From Takakia lepidozioides (taxonomy: Eukaryota; Plantae; Bryophyta), in the NCBI GenBank assembly GCA_030704615.1, contig CM060731.1, forward strand, positions 40,238,001-40,302,000: DNA of 64,000 bases, given 5' to 3'. Below the pieces are notes generated by a model. The model made no database searches and had not been told where the DNA came from. It saw nothing but the letters and a program-made list of their open reading frames with translations. Both the position numbers and the translations under genes were made by a program. Below, one piece after another: positions 12,728-24,500 of this stretch. Each line of letters opens with the position of its first letter. Within the stretch, counting starts at the first letter, position 1.

Positions 12728-13406
12728 ATGTGGAAACCAGAGTATTTGCGGGATTGGACTTGGTTGTGGGAAGCAGCTCCAGAGGCTAACGTGGGCAATC
12801 TGCCAAAAAGCGGCATGACCAAGGAGCGTGATCTCGCAGCTATGGGTAGGAAGCGTCCTCTCTCCAAATCTTGTAACACTGCGATCAAAGGGGGAGAGTT
12901 TAAGAGGGTTAAGCACTGCGATCAAAGGGGGAGAGTTTAAGAGGGTTAAGCTCACGCCACCAGTCCAACGTCCTTCGTTTCAAGCAAGAGCGGAGCAGTT
13001 GAGACGTTCTCGTGATTACGCTTTTTTGGCTTTTCTGGATTCGGAGTGTGGAGTGGGATGCAACCCGAGACAGGTGCCCTCCACAGAGAGTACTCAAGCT
13101 GGTGGTTACACGTCAAATCTGGTGAAAGAAGCCGGTGGATGCTGCAGGGTGAAAGAGTTGGACGTTGGTGCAGCAGGACCTTGTACTTCAAAGAAAGCGA
13201 ACGAAGCCGGTGGATGCAAGGTGACAAAGTCAGTTGATGCAGAAGGTCGCAGTTCAAAGGTGACAGAAGCCGGTGGATGCTGCAAGGTGATCAAAGAATT
13301 GCAGGTTGGTGCAGCAGGTTGCAGGTCAAAGAAGGTGACAGAAGCAAACAAGTGCTCTTTGAGGATTTTGATTACCAAGACATGTATCCGAAGACTGACT
13401 GATTGA
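12728..13406 (+). pseudogene. Orphan ORF with an SPT2-like motif and AGGC repeats, frameshifted by a 37-bp tandem duplication
   Basis: Removing one copy of the 37-mer joins ORFs 12611-12940 and 12828-13406 into 213 aa. ARAEQLRRSRDYAFL resembles the plant SPT2 K.QKLKDTRDYSFL motif (from memory). Confidence 0.45.
12877..12950. repeat. Perfect 2x37-bp tandem duplication
   Basis: cactgcgatcaaagggggagagtttaagagggttaag at 12877 and at 12914. Confidence 0.97.
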
Positions 13407-13458
13407 AGCTGATTGCAACAATTGCCACAGTTCCTAAAGCCGCAGGCCTGCATGTACT

Positions 13459-14832
13459 AGCTTGGCGCAGTGCCATCGTTAGTTGCTCAATTTAGTACTA
13501 GTGTTCTCCTGGACTTGCCTCTAAATCCCGTTAGCAGTCGTGAACTGCATCTTTGCATTTCTTTAATGAAGATGCCTAACTAGCTAGTAATTTGGTTGTT
13601 CTTCTTATGATTTCTATCTTCTCTCTATCTTCCAGATCATGCTATCTAGAATTTTGTCATGACTGTAGAAGGTGGCACCAGCGTTCTCTAATTGACAGTC
13701 TACATACATTGTGTGGGGAGCATATGCCAGCTGAAATGAACAGCACATAGTTGTAATATTGGCAGACTATTAATTCTATTTTCACTTTGAATGTTCTCAA
13801 GCTAAGCACGTTTGCGTGATAGAATTCACATGTGAGCGATTGTAAATGTCTGTCAAATAGATTGGGCCTCGATGAGGTAATGTGTTGATACATTACGTGT
13901 TGTTTCAGATCCACGGTTTCAAGTTAATGCAAATGTGTGTTAGTTTCAAATATACTGGGCCTCAATGATTTGAAGTTTCGCCCATTGTTTTGGAGGATCA
14001 ACCAGACTTGGTACTTAACTCGCCTTGAGATTATTGCAAATAGGGCATGAGCTGAAATTTAAAATTCACTTGCAACATTGAATGACATATTTTTCATTTA
14101 CACATCAAAGATTGTACTCATAAGACGTTGTTTGCCGTAGCCTTGTGGCCATTGATCCCGCGCCCAGTTTGAGCGGGAACAAAAGGGACAGAACCTACCT
14201 CTGTCAGGGGCTGACGTTGGTAGTAAGACTTACCTTCATATATAGAATTAATCCGGGTTTTCCAGATATCCTCTAGAAATCCCTTCACACAAGCATCAAT
14301 CTGCTGTGTGTGATTTGCCCAAAAACTAGGCCTCAGGAGGGCCTGGGCTTTTGGCTCAGCCTCGAGACTTTCAAAGTTGGTAACAGGGGTACAGGCACAA
14401 TTCCCTTAATAGTTTTGAAGAGAGCGTCTCTTTGGTGAGAGAACCCCGGACAGTGTATCAGAAAATGAATACTGTCTTCAGATTGCCCACACAACGGGCA
14501 ATTGCACTCTCCCTTTCCTCTCTGCTTCTGTTTGCTGTTCAAAGGTAGGCTTCCTGCCCTGAGCTTCCTTGCCTTTACACATCAAAGAGCTAAGTCCTGA
14601 GATGATTTGAATGAAACACCTGGGGCAGAGGAGAAGTAAGCAATTTGGAAGCCAGATGAAACCGAACTGAGGCTACAGGAGTCTACACACCTAGAATCAA
14701 AAAGAAGGTAGAAGCAGATTAGGGGAAACATATGTGCAAAATAGGTGAACAGATTCGGAAAACTTAGATCTATGCCATGAAGAAGAAGATGTATGACTTG
14801 CAAACGATAATAGGTAGGCCTGATCTCATTTC
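13459..14832 (+). repeat. Decayed, internally deleted duplicate of 8520-12575
   Basis: Collinear matches: 13459-13790 ~ 8523-8810 (SWEETIE exon plus intron); 13870-14075 and 14581-14596 ~ 11325-11595; 14597-14636 ~ 12197-12232; 14735-14832 ~ 12505-12572. Confidence 0.8.
14112..14573 (-). mobile_element. 5'-truncated copy (about 450 bp) of the RTE-X-like LINE
   Basis: Near-identical to 969-1422. A perfect 15-bp TSD tttacacatcaaaga lies at 14097-14111 and 14574-14588. There are 10 extra nt (cttccttgcc) at the 5' junction. Confidence 0.95.
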
Positions 14833-15460
14833 TCTCATAATCCCTTCAAACAACTGTCAACTGAGGTTCGGCAGAGCCCTGAATTTATTCTCATTTTATT
14901 GTATAGTCCTGCAGCAGCCCGGTCTATCCAGATATCCCCAGTTCATGTGAAAGTTTAGTGAAGACTAACAAGACATCCATGTATGGATCCAAAGGCATTG
15001 TTTGCAGCCCAAGTGATCCCCAGTTGATTTTAAGACATAGCGTTTAAACTAAAGGAGGCATGCTGCAACAAACGAAATTACACTTCGTTTGTGGGGACAA
15101 CACTCCAGTGTCTTATATGAAATTTGGTAAGCAAAAGCAGTTGTCAGTAGCAGGGGTTTTCAGGGTTATTTGATCCGATGAAACTGTGAAAATTTGCAGA
15201 GCGAGAAGAATGAAGGTACCTGCGTTGGGCTATGACACCCAGGGCGATCGTGTCGGCTTTCCCATCGATCCACAGCAGCGTGTCTTTGAGTTCAAGAGAG
15301 AAAAGATTGCGAGCATGGGTATATTCTCTGGAGCTGATGTTACTTACAGATCTGATGCTCTTTTAGAAAAATAACGGACAAATGACCAGTAGGGTTAAGT
15401 ATTACAATTCTCGTTGTCTTTTAGGGGGACTTAGTTGCCATCCAGATCTTATGTGCAGCG

Positions 15461-15698
15461 ATGGAGGGAGAGCAGGAGACCCAGCTTCAATGGAATGAGC
15501 CGCACACTGACTCCAGAGCAGGGGCGCAATGGCCCACGGTCGATGGGCGTCTGGGAGTGTACTCGGAAGAGGCGTTGAAGCTGGCTCGACACCTTTACTA
15601 CGCTGGATTCTTGCTTCTTCCAATGCTGTGGTTCGTCAATTGCTTCTACTTCTGGCCTGTCTTGCAACACCGAGAAGCCGAGCCTCTTATGCGCCCTT
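15461..15698 (+). CDS. PEN2: Gamma-secretase subunit PEN-2, first exon (downstream exon not located)
   Basis: QWPTVDGRLGVYSEEALKLARHLYYAGFLLLPMLWFVNCFYFWPVL matches the plant PEN-2 N-terminus and TM1. A phase-1 GT donor follows LMRP. Confidence 0.85.
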
Positions 15699-16229
15699 GT
15701 ATTATTCATTTTCCCCTTTATCGCGTGTAATGAGTCTCAGGTTTTGTGTCGTAACTTCGGTTAAGATTCAAGTAGTAGTTTTCGAGTTGAAGAATTGCTC
15801 CTAGAATTGTTGTTACACTACCGAGCAGGGCATTGCGCCCCTAATTGTCCAATACGTTGTATTTCGACGTGGAGGTGTAGTTGCGATCATGTGATGGTCA
15901 TTTCTAACCAGGTTCGAGTTTTCGGAAGATGGACATCTGACGCAATTCCAGCTTTGACTGTAACCGATAGTGCTTTACCAAAGCTGCTTGGGTGGTATGT
16001 GTTCGCTGTTTTGAGGATGCTAATGAAAGTGGCTTCGTATGCCTTTCATGCTTTTTTCTCATGCAGTTCAGAAACTTTCTCACCTAGATCATGCTGCAAT
16101 CATGCAATCATGGCAGTCTATGAGCCCATATCTCGTCTAGGCATTTTTTTCAACCATCCGGTGCAGATCCCCCACTCTCCTGGTACTTCAGAATAAAACC
16201 GTCGACAGCAGCAGTCTCCACACTGAAGT

Positions 16230-16720
16230 GCTATTCCAACCTAGAGTTTAATGTTGGAATTCCAGGGCGACTAGGCTGGCAGGTGCAGTAAGGAGCTCCT
16301 GATGGTGATCTTATTTGGTAGCCTCTTTTTATTGCATTGACACAAAAAAGCCCTAATGCCTTCTCACATGGCCCCTGCTGAGGTAATACTGTAAACATGG
16401 TTTTCATGAGAGAGTTGGCCAGGCTTTTTGACAACGTTCAAAGCAAATTGATAACAATTCTGCAACAATGCTGCTCGTCATGTACAGTCTTGAGAAGTGT
16501 TTCCTGACTTGATATCTGGCTTGAATCTACTTTTCGGCCACAGGTCCCCTGCCAGGGCTTTTGCAATTTCTGACCTCCCTGGCCCTTGGCAATCCCATAC
16601 CCTGACTTTGATCCTCAACAAAGGTTATGCCATTATGGCCAGAACCTCAAGGCTCAGCTTGAGTTTCCACCACCTGTGCAATAATATTGTTGCAAAAGAC
16701 CTGGGCCAGCTTTTGGATTT
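16230..16720 (-). mobile_element. Degenerate L1-like endonuclease relic
   Basis: The minus frame reads IKVRVWDCQGPGRSEIAKAL...FKPDI, similar to the WNxxG...PDI start of L1 APE domains. The sequence is heavily decayed. Confidence 0.3.
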
Positions 16721-17084
16721 CATGTTACTTCATACGCTGGCATTGACATTATACTAGAAAGCATCTAGCCCTGCATTCCACACATGTGGTGGAGGTTGCA
16801 TGGCCAATCACACTGTTGATGATAACAAGCCTCCCTATGACAACCATAGAGCGCATATTAGGCGATCATCGGCCCTTTGCAGACTTGATACTCCCGCGTT
16901 TGGTATATGTCCGCGGGGGCTGACTTATTAGGTTACAGGGAATGTTTTTGATTCAGCTGGCATCGACATCTACATGTAGCACAGCCCAAACTAATTGTTT
17001 ATAGAAAGGTCAGTCCCACTACTGGAGTGAGCCCCTCACAAAGGCAGTGTTTGTTCCCTCTTACTCCGCCCAAACTGTGCACAG

Positions 17085-17350
17085 GGACTAGGCCACAAGG
17101 CTATGGCAATCGTCTTATGAGTATATTTTCTCTGGGCTGAGCCTAAAGCCTTGGCCTTGTTGGGGTCTAGTGGTTGGGCAGCTCACACACAGTAAATTGA
17201 TGCTTGCGTGTAGGGCTTTCTAGAGGACATCTGGAAAGCCCAAACATAATGCCCACCTCAAGGTAAGACCGACTAGAACGTTTTATGAGGACATTCTCTC
17301 TCTCTCTCGCCACAAGACTACGGCAAACACCATCTTCTGAGGTTATTCTG
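17085..17350 (+). mobile_element. Clustered diverged 3'-end fragments of the RTE-X-like LINE
   Basis: ggccacaaggctatggcaatcgtcttatgagtat (17091-17125), aacgttttatgaggacattctct and gccacaagactacggcaaacacc (17277-17335), compared with the element end ggccacaaggctacggcaaacaacgtcttatgagtacaa. Confidence 0.65.
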
Positions 17351-19014
17351 CCTGGAGCATTCTGGTCATGGAAGGCCATGGCCAGGTTCACTGAGCTGTT
17401 TTCCCCCTCTGAACACTGCACCATGGGGCCTTGTGGTTTGATTTGCTTTTCTAGGAGAAAGGCATGTGGAGAGCTTGAAGTCAGATAGAGGGGCAAAGAA
17501 TATAAACCTTGGAAAATGCCATGTGGCTTACATCCAGAGAAGAGGGACCCATGGTACAATACTTGACTTGAAGTGAGTGGACACTCGAGGACTCTTCCCT
17601 GGAGTACGCACCATCTCTAAATTCCTACACCTAGGTCACAGGCCCTTATGGGTTTTCCTGTGCCTGACTTTCCTCAACTCTTTGTGAGGGGAGCAGCAAC
17701 CACTGCTCTACAGCTCACCTTTTACCCCCTAACTGCTTTTCTGACTTTTCTCTCTCTAGGAGGAATGCTGCAGTGGGGTAAGGTGGAATGACAGGTTTAG
17801 AATCCCCACACGGGAAGTTGCAGTGCTCCATACAGGGAGCATCGGTGCTGCAGAATGCGTGATAAGACTATAAAAGAGACAGGTTTGCCAGAAACTGGCT
17901 AGACTCGAACCAGGCTAAATGGCAAAGCGGAAGAACTGGCGAAGAAATATTTGTGTATGAGAAATGAGGAACTGATGTTTTCTGCAGAGGCTGAATCTTC
18001 ATCTTTGCATCTCGTGTTTTTATGGTGTTGATGTCCTCCAGGTCTCCTGCACTAGGGGAGAACCCAGCAAATGGTAAGTCTCTGGCAGGCCCTTCTAAGT
18101 CAACACAGAAGTGACTCCAGATTGTGCGGATGGACATTTCAAACTATTCTCTCAATTGGATATGCTGAAGATGATTGTGTCACAAAAAAGATTTTGTCTC
18201 TCTTGGGACACAGGAAAGCCGATTGTCCAAGTGGATTTGCAAACAGCATTCCAACTATTGTGGGGAAGTATACGCCTTTTTTCACATAGTTTTTATTGCT
18301 ATCTCACAACCATTGACTTAATTTTGCCTTGCAGCACTCTAAACAGATTACCTTTTTATTACAAATTGGGGAAGTGGCTCTTATATCTGTTGGCTTCAGT
18401 CGGTGTCTTCTCTCTCTCCCTGCAGAGGCTTGTCAGCAATCAACAATACTACATTCCTAAAGACTGCACAAATATACTGAGTCTGTCAACAACTGAGACA
18501 TAGATACAGTGACTGGACATGCCCAAATAGTGCAACTGCTGGCCATGAAGGCAAAAGCTTGCTTGCCAGTTCCCACCAGAAGAGACTCTAATTGAAGAAC
18601 GGAGACCTCCATGATTATCCCCTCTAACCAGGAAGAAGAGCAAGTTAAAGCATTAACAGATGTTGTTGAGCCTCAAATCCAAGACACAAGATTTACTTCA
18701 TATCCAATGTCACAAACGAGGAACCGACTGTTGGACTTTCCTACACGACAGCCAACAGCAACGCAGCTGCTCGATATATCATTCCCTGGAAAAGAGCAAA
18801 CCAACCAGACTATATCACTTGGCGAACGAACATTCTCTGGCAAATTCCATGTTCTCAGTAGTCTTTGTGGATGGAAACATCTCTACAACCATAGCTCACT
18901 TAATAGACAAAGGCTAACATACCCACAACCTTCTGCGTTCCTATGAGTAGGCAACTGAAAAGTATATAATATGTGCTCTTTCAGATTCAAATAAGAATAT
19001 CCAACAGGGTCAAT

Positions 19015-20354
19015 TTACCAGTAGCCATCCTGACGGCCCTTGAAGCCAATTTGGCCCAAGGTCAGGACAACGAACAAACCAACGTGCCATGTCACCAGCC
19101 ACAACCTGCACACAGCACCCATGAACTCAGCTCCTGACAAAATAGAGGATGACATTGAGATGACATCCAATGCTTAGATACCACATAGCAGAGTCTAAAT
19201 GAGAAAAAGAAACAAGACAAACAAGGGACAGAAGATCTACCAAAAGGGAGAAGTGAGAGAAGGGCCAGTAGGGAAGTGAGCGAGCTCAGGGCCAATGCTG
19301 TTAAAAAAGAGGCTTGTCAGGCTCTGGCCATTGATAACTGGAATACTGGAGGGTGCTAGCCAGCCAATAAGGCCAAATCCCACAACTGACAAATCCTTCC
19401 GCAACCAGTCCCTGTTGAAACTGCCACACTCCATACAAACCAACACAAACAGACCTCAGAATCTATCACTGGTGGCCTTGTCTAGGACAACTCTGATTCA
19501 TGGCCTAATACCATGTTTGTAAATGCAAAACGTTATGATGGTTGCTGACCTGTAGTCTTACTCATCACTGTACACAACATCAGAAGGAATTTACTGCAAA
19601 GTGAGTTCAATAACTGCAGTAAATCACGAACTTCTGTACCTCCGATGTTGTGCTTTGTAAAAGGGTCCACGTTTCATGTGTTTTCTCAAGTACAGCTAAA
19701 ATGCAATCACATGACAACATGTGGCTGAAGAACAACATACCAGGTCACTCGTGACATGCACATGGATTGCTCCAACTTCAGAGGTGTCATGAGCGAGCTT
19801 CTCTGACCAGCAACAAACGCTGCAGAGTACAGACACCTCCAGGAAGTGTAAGGTCTTGACGCATCCACTTTAAGAAACATTAATATCTTACCAGATGAAG
19901 GTATCCCGGGTAACAAAATTCCAACCTAGGCCAAGAGTAATTGAGACCAAGCATCGTAGTAACTGGCCATGTTGAGGCTTGAGCATCCTCTACTGCTGTA
20001 TACTGGGCTTCTAGCTTCAATTATTTCGTAGACAGACTAGAAGAATGTCCTTTGTGCAGAAATCGAGTTAAGTCCTTCGATTTCATTATCGGTCCGACGG
20101 TACAGGAGGGAAAGATTACCTGAAGCAGCGTAGATAGATAATAAAGCACTTAACAACCTTGAGATTGAGTCAGACTGAAGTGGATAAATGTAGTATACGA
20201 CATAACGTACACTATCCGCAAATTTACATTGAGAAGCTCGAGAATAAGCACCTGAGCTAAGTTGAATCTTGGAAGAGGCTGCTCTTCTTGCAGACAGAGA
20301 TGAACCTCCAAGTCCAGCGACCACGGGAGTCGCCATTGCAGCCATTGTTGTCAT
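19015..20354 (-). CDS. PSAO: Photosystem I subunit O, chloroplast precursor (4 exons)
   Basis: Transit peptide MTTMAAMATPVVAGLGGSSLS..., then FNRDWLRKDLSVVGFGLIGWLAPSSIPVINGQSLTSLFFNSIGPELAHFPTGPSLTSPFW|LWLVTWHVGLFVVLTLGQIGFKGRQDGYW*. Confidence 0.96.
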
Positions 20355-21567
20355 CTTCAGTACTGGACAAAGTCGTATCAGGGACGTCCATTAGCAAGGA
20401 CTACGAAGTCCGCAAATATGAGGATAGAACACCAAAACAAGAGTAGCACTAACAACATCTGGGATTCTTAATGCTGATTTGGGAGAGTGACGAGCTCTAA
20501 GAGAGAGCGTTCCTTCTTAATGTGAGTTTTTCAGTCACCAATAGCACTAACATACAAACTAACGCCGTGGAGTCAGTAAGCCTTTCTACGCGGAGGGGAA
20601 AGTGCACACAATGCATCCGGGAACTATATCTTCGCAACAATTCACAATGTCACATTTTACACACAGGCCCGATTCTCCCATTTCCTCAACGATAGGTACG
20701 AGAACGAAATGCAGAGAATAAAACCAAGGACAGCGACGACGGCAACACATCATCAACCTTCATCTGCGGCTAACAAACACGCGAACTCTATGACCAATCA
20801 CGGAATCATAAACTGACATTCTCATGTCACTGACACACGCGCACACCAATCAAATCACGAAGACTGACATCAGAGCTTTCAACCAGCAAAAGTATATGGA
20901 AGCGCTGGACATACATTGTAATGAAAGCCTCCCTAAGCGCAAATATATCACAGTACAGAATCACACTTTACACCAACGCTGAATTTAGAATCCAGTTACA
21001 GTTCACAAGCAGCACGACAACCGAGTGCGAGGAATGACGAGGCAGATCACTCACACAAAATGCGAAATCTCGGCACGAATCTGGAGAGAAATTATAAGAA
21101 CAGTATCCTGCTGCACATCCTCGACCTTGAGCTAAGCAAAGGAGAGAGACAGAGATCCTCTGCGAGATTAGACGCTCCACTCTCGTGTGGCGCGTATTCG
21201 ATGCAGCAATTTCCGCAGAGGATTCGTGTCCAATCGCCGCAGCGTAGCTGCGGGCAGCAGGCCTCGCTCATTGGCCCCGTCGCTCCCTCTCAGATAAGGT
21301 CAGAGATGGATGATGACGACCATGATGAATGTGTTTCAAACGAAAGCAAGCGATCATCCATAAGGTGGCCCTAACGGTAATAACCTCCATCCTGTCCGCC
21401 TGCCATGACGTCTCTCAAGCCCACAGCGATGGTGGAGACAAGAGCAATTCGTCACTCCTTTCAGGCATTGCAATTGAGGTTTTGTAGCTCCTCGAGATTT
21501 CAGGTTGGTGGTGCTGGTGAGTAAGAGAAGACGCCAGAAGTTTTCTTGGTATCTTGAAGTTGTAGAG

Positions 21568-24500
21568 ATGGTGGAAATAGTGGAACTGCCCGACTCCCCG
21601 CCCCAATCAGAGCCTCCTTCGTCAGCACCAAGTGTTGTTGATGCCAGTGGTCCCCCTGAAGCTAGCCCTCAGAAAAAAGCGCCCCCTCCTGCAGCAACAG
21701 GGGGGCCAACACCCACCAAACCTCAGCAAACGGCGGCCCCTCCTGCAGTAGACAGCGGCACAGTGGCAACAGCTGTTGGGGGGGGGGGAGGGCACATTAT
21801 CACCAGACAAACCCCCTCCTGAACCTCAGCAAACGGCGCTCCCTCCTGCACTAGACAAGGGCACAGGGGCAACAGCTGTGGAGGGGAGGGAGGGCACATT
21901 ACCACCAGAAAAGTCGGAGGTTTCGGCGGCAGGTGATGGAGCAGGAGGATCTGAGAAGCCGGTTGAAGAGCTGCCCCAAGAGATTGTCGAAGTTGGACCT
22001 ACTCCCGAGGAGATTGCTGCAGCGCATGAGGCTCGCATGCTGGAACTCATTGAGGTAGGAAGTTACTTCCCCTCGCAATATCTAAGAACGAAACATCGCA
22101 GCTTCCTCAACTTGTTTCTAAAGAGTCTAGGATGTCCTGCCCACTCACATTTGGTAATAGCAAACCCCGATGAGTTTTACTCGCAGGTTCTCCATGGTGA
22201 TAGAAATGTGATGTAATTTAAGAATAATTCACAAAGAACTGGGTTTGTTGCAGACTGCTAAAGAGGAGATAAAGGACCTAAAATCAGAGAATTTTGAGCT
22301 GCAACGGCGTGTGTGGGCAATGCAAAAAAAACGTCCCTCTCAAAATCTGGAGCAGTTTATTCTGGAAGGGCAAGACGCCCACTACCAAGCTGTAGTCCCT
22401 TAATCCATCTCCCTTTCTGCCAATTTGCTTGTCCATTTTTCACTAATTACCTGCTACATCTGGAATCTCTACACAGACAAGTAGACATTAAGGCACAGGA
22501 AGTGTGGACTGGCAGGCTCAACCATCTTCCTGCACTGGGGGCCTTGCGCAGATAGATGAATTGTTTCAGGGATTAAGCACTGGCACACAAAAATCAAGAG
22601 TATATCTTAGAAGCATTGTAACCTCCCTGTAGAATTTGGCTCACATGTATTCCCAACTTACCAGCATGTCATGAGCAGTTCACAATTCGTGGAGTTCTTC
22701 TCCAGAATCTACTTCTGGCAGAACCTTTGGACAGTTGATAAGATGGATGGTCCTGGGCAAGAGCATTGTGTCTTCTGTGATCTGGAATGGGGGATGGACA
22801 GCGTTTGAATGCCTGGGCAGAGACGAAGATTGCATTTGATCGGCTCAAGGAGGAGTATGATCACAGAATTGACACACTGCGGGAATCGTTGCGAAAGAAG
22901 CAAGATGAAGCCAAAGATCACCATGAGAAAATGATCTCATACATTTGGAAGGTCTTGCCCTATTCACAAGTGCTAGTCCTCTTTCTGCACATATGGAAAG
23001 GTCCTCTCCCTGGCCTATCCTGATACTATTCTTGGTCCTCTGTGATGATAGAATCATACAGCCCAATTACTGATCTGCAACTCTATCTCCATCTCTTCTA
23101 CGGACATTGGGAAGGTTCAGGCTGGACTCTGACGGCCTGTGGATAGGGACTGATTGATGGGACCACCTCGAGCATGCTGACTGCTTGTGCCTGGCTTGCG
23201 CCGGAGGTGACAGAGGGCAGATTGAGACTGAAAAACTTTCACTGTCCTCTCTACTATGGCAACCAGGGCGATATTCCAGGATAGCCAATCTCTTGCTGAC
23301 GTCTTTAACTACGAGGATCAGAACTGTTTGGAACCTATCTGCATTTCCATCTTAAGAATATGGTGTTTTTGGGCTGCTTGTTAAGGGCCCCTTTTTCTTT
23401 CTTGTATTGCTTTCTTTAGCTCTTTGAGCTTCCTGTGGACGTTATAAAGTATCATTTCATTTCTAAACAAGAAATGCTGGAGAGTGAGACTGAGGGAATT
23501 TCCTTCTTTCACTCCCTATCTACCACAAAATCCGGGGTTGCTACTTTTGCCTTTTCAGAGACAGCCACTCCTACTATAAATCTTTGTTCCAGTAGGCCAA
23601 CAAGCATGTAAGCCTTCTTTTAATGACATCTAAAATTGACGTTCCCACAATTTCAAAGTGCTCAGAGTGCAATGAATTTTTCCCAGAGTTCTCACACCAT
23701 GTTGCTCATCCAGTACTGCAGGTAGCAAAAGAATCAGAAGACAGCATCTCTGAGAAAAGGATACCAGCACGCATGCTGAAAAAGGTAATCCATCTCCAAG
23801 ATCATACCACCGCAGCCTGCGCCACTGTCTTTGACACTATGCTGCAACTTACATTTGCCAATCGCTGTCCATCCAGGTTTTAGGCTGGCTAGACTGAGGC
23901 TGCATCTTGCAATAGGCTTCCCTTGGCTGTAGCACAGTGAGACTGGCGTCCAACTGGGAGGGGTTATCTACTTTCTAGTTGCTTTTGGGCTGCTTCTGGC
24001 TTCACTCTTTGCCTTTTATTCTCTTTCTTGTTCTTGTTTTCCTTTTGCCCCATAAGATCTTTGAGCTTTCTGAGGTTATAAAATCCCGTTTCATTTCATT
24101 TAAATTCTCATTTCGGACTCATGCCTAGTCACCTGGGATACCCGGCAGGTCGACATGATTTGGGTGGACACATTCTTGACATTTAATATTGGGTGGGTGT
24201 GTAAGACAGCGAGAGCAGGAGGAAAGGGATACAACTATGGAAATGGAGGCAGTGCGCATACGAGGCAGGCAGCTACGAAGTCAGCTTAAGAAATTGGAGC
24301 ATGCTCTGGAGATGAAGGACCAATTACCAGGGGGACTTCATTTGGTAGACTTTGAGCAGCTCAAGATGGGGAACGAGTCTCTGAATGAAAAGGCCTGCTT
24401 CCTGGACTCTGTCTCTGTTATCCTTCATCCTCCTATACATGTCTCAACTTGGTTTCGATCTCAAACCGCCTATAAGCAAACAATCTACAACCTCCCAAGA

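Noticed and set aside
17822-17848. 12-nt match to miR160 (gctccctgtatg on the minus strand)
   Set aside because: The match is partial and there is no precursor hairpin.
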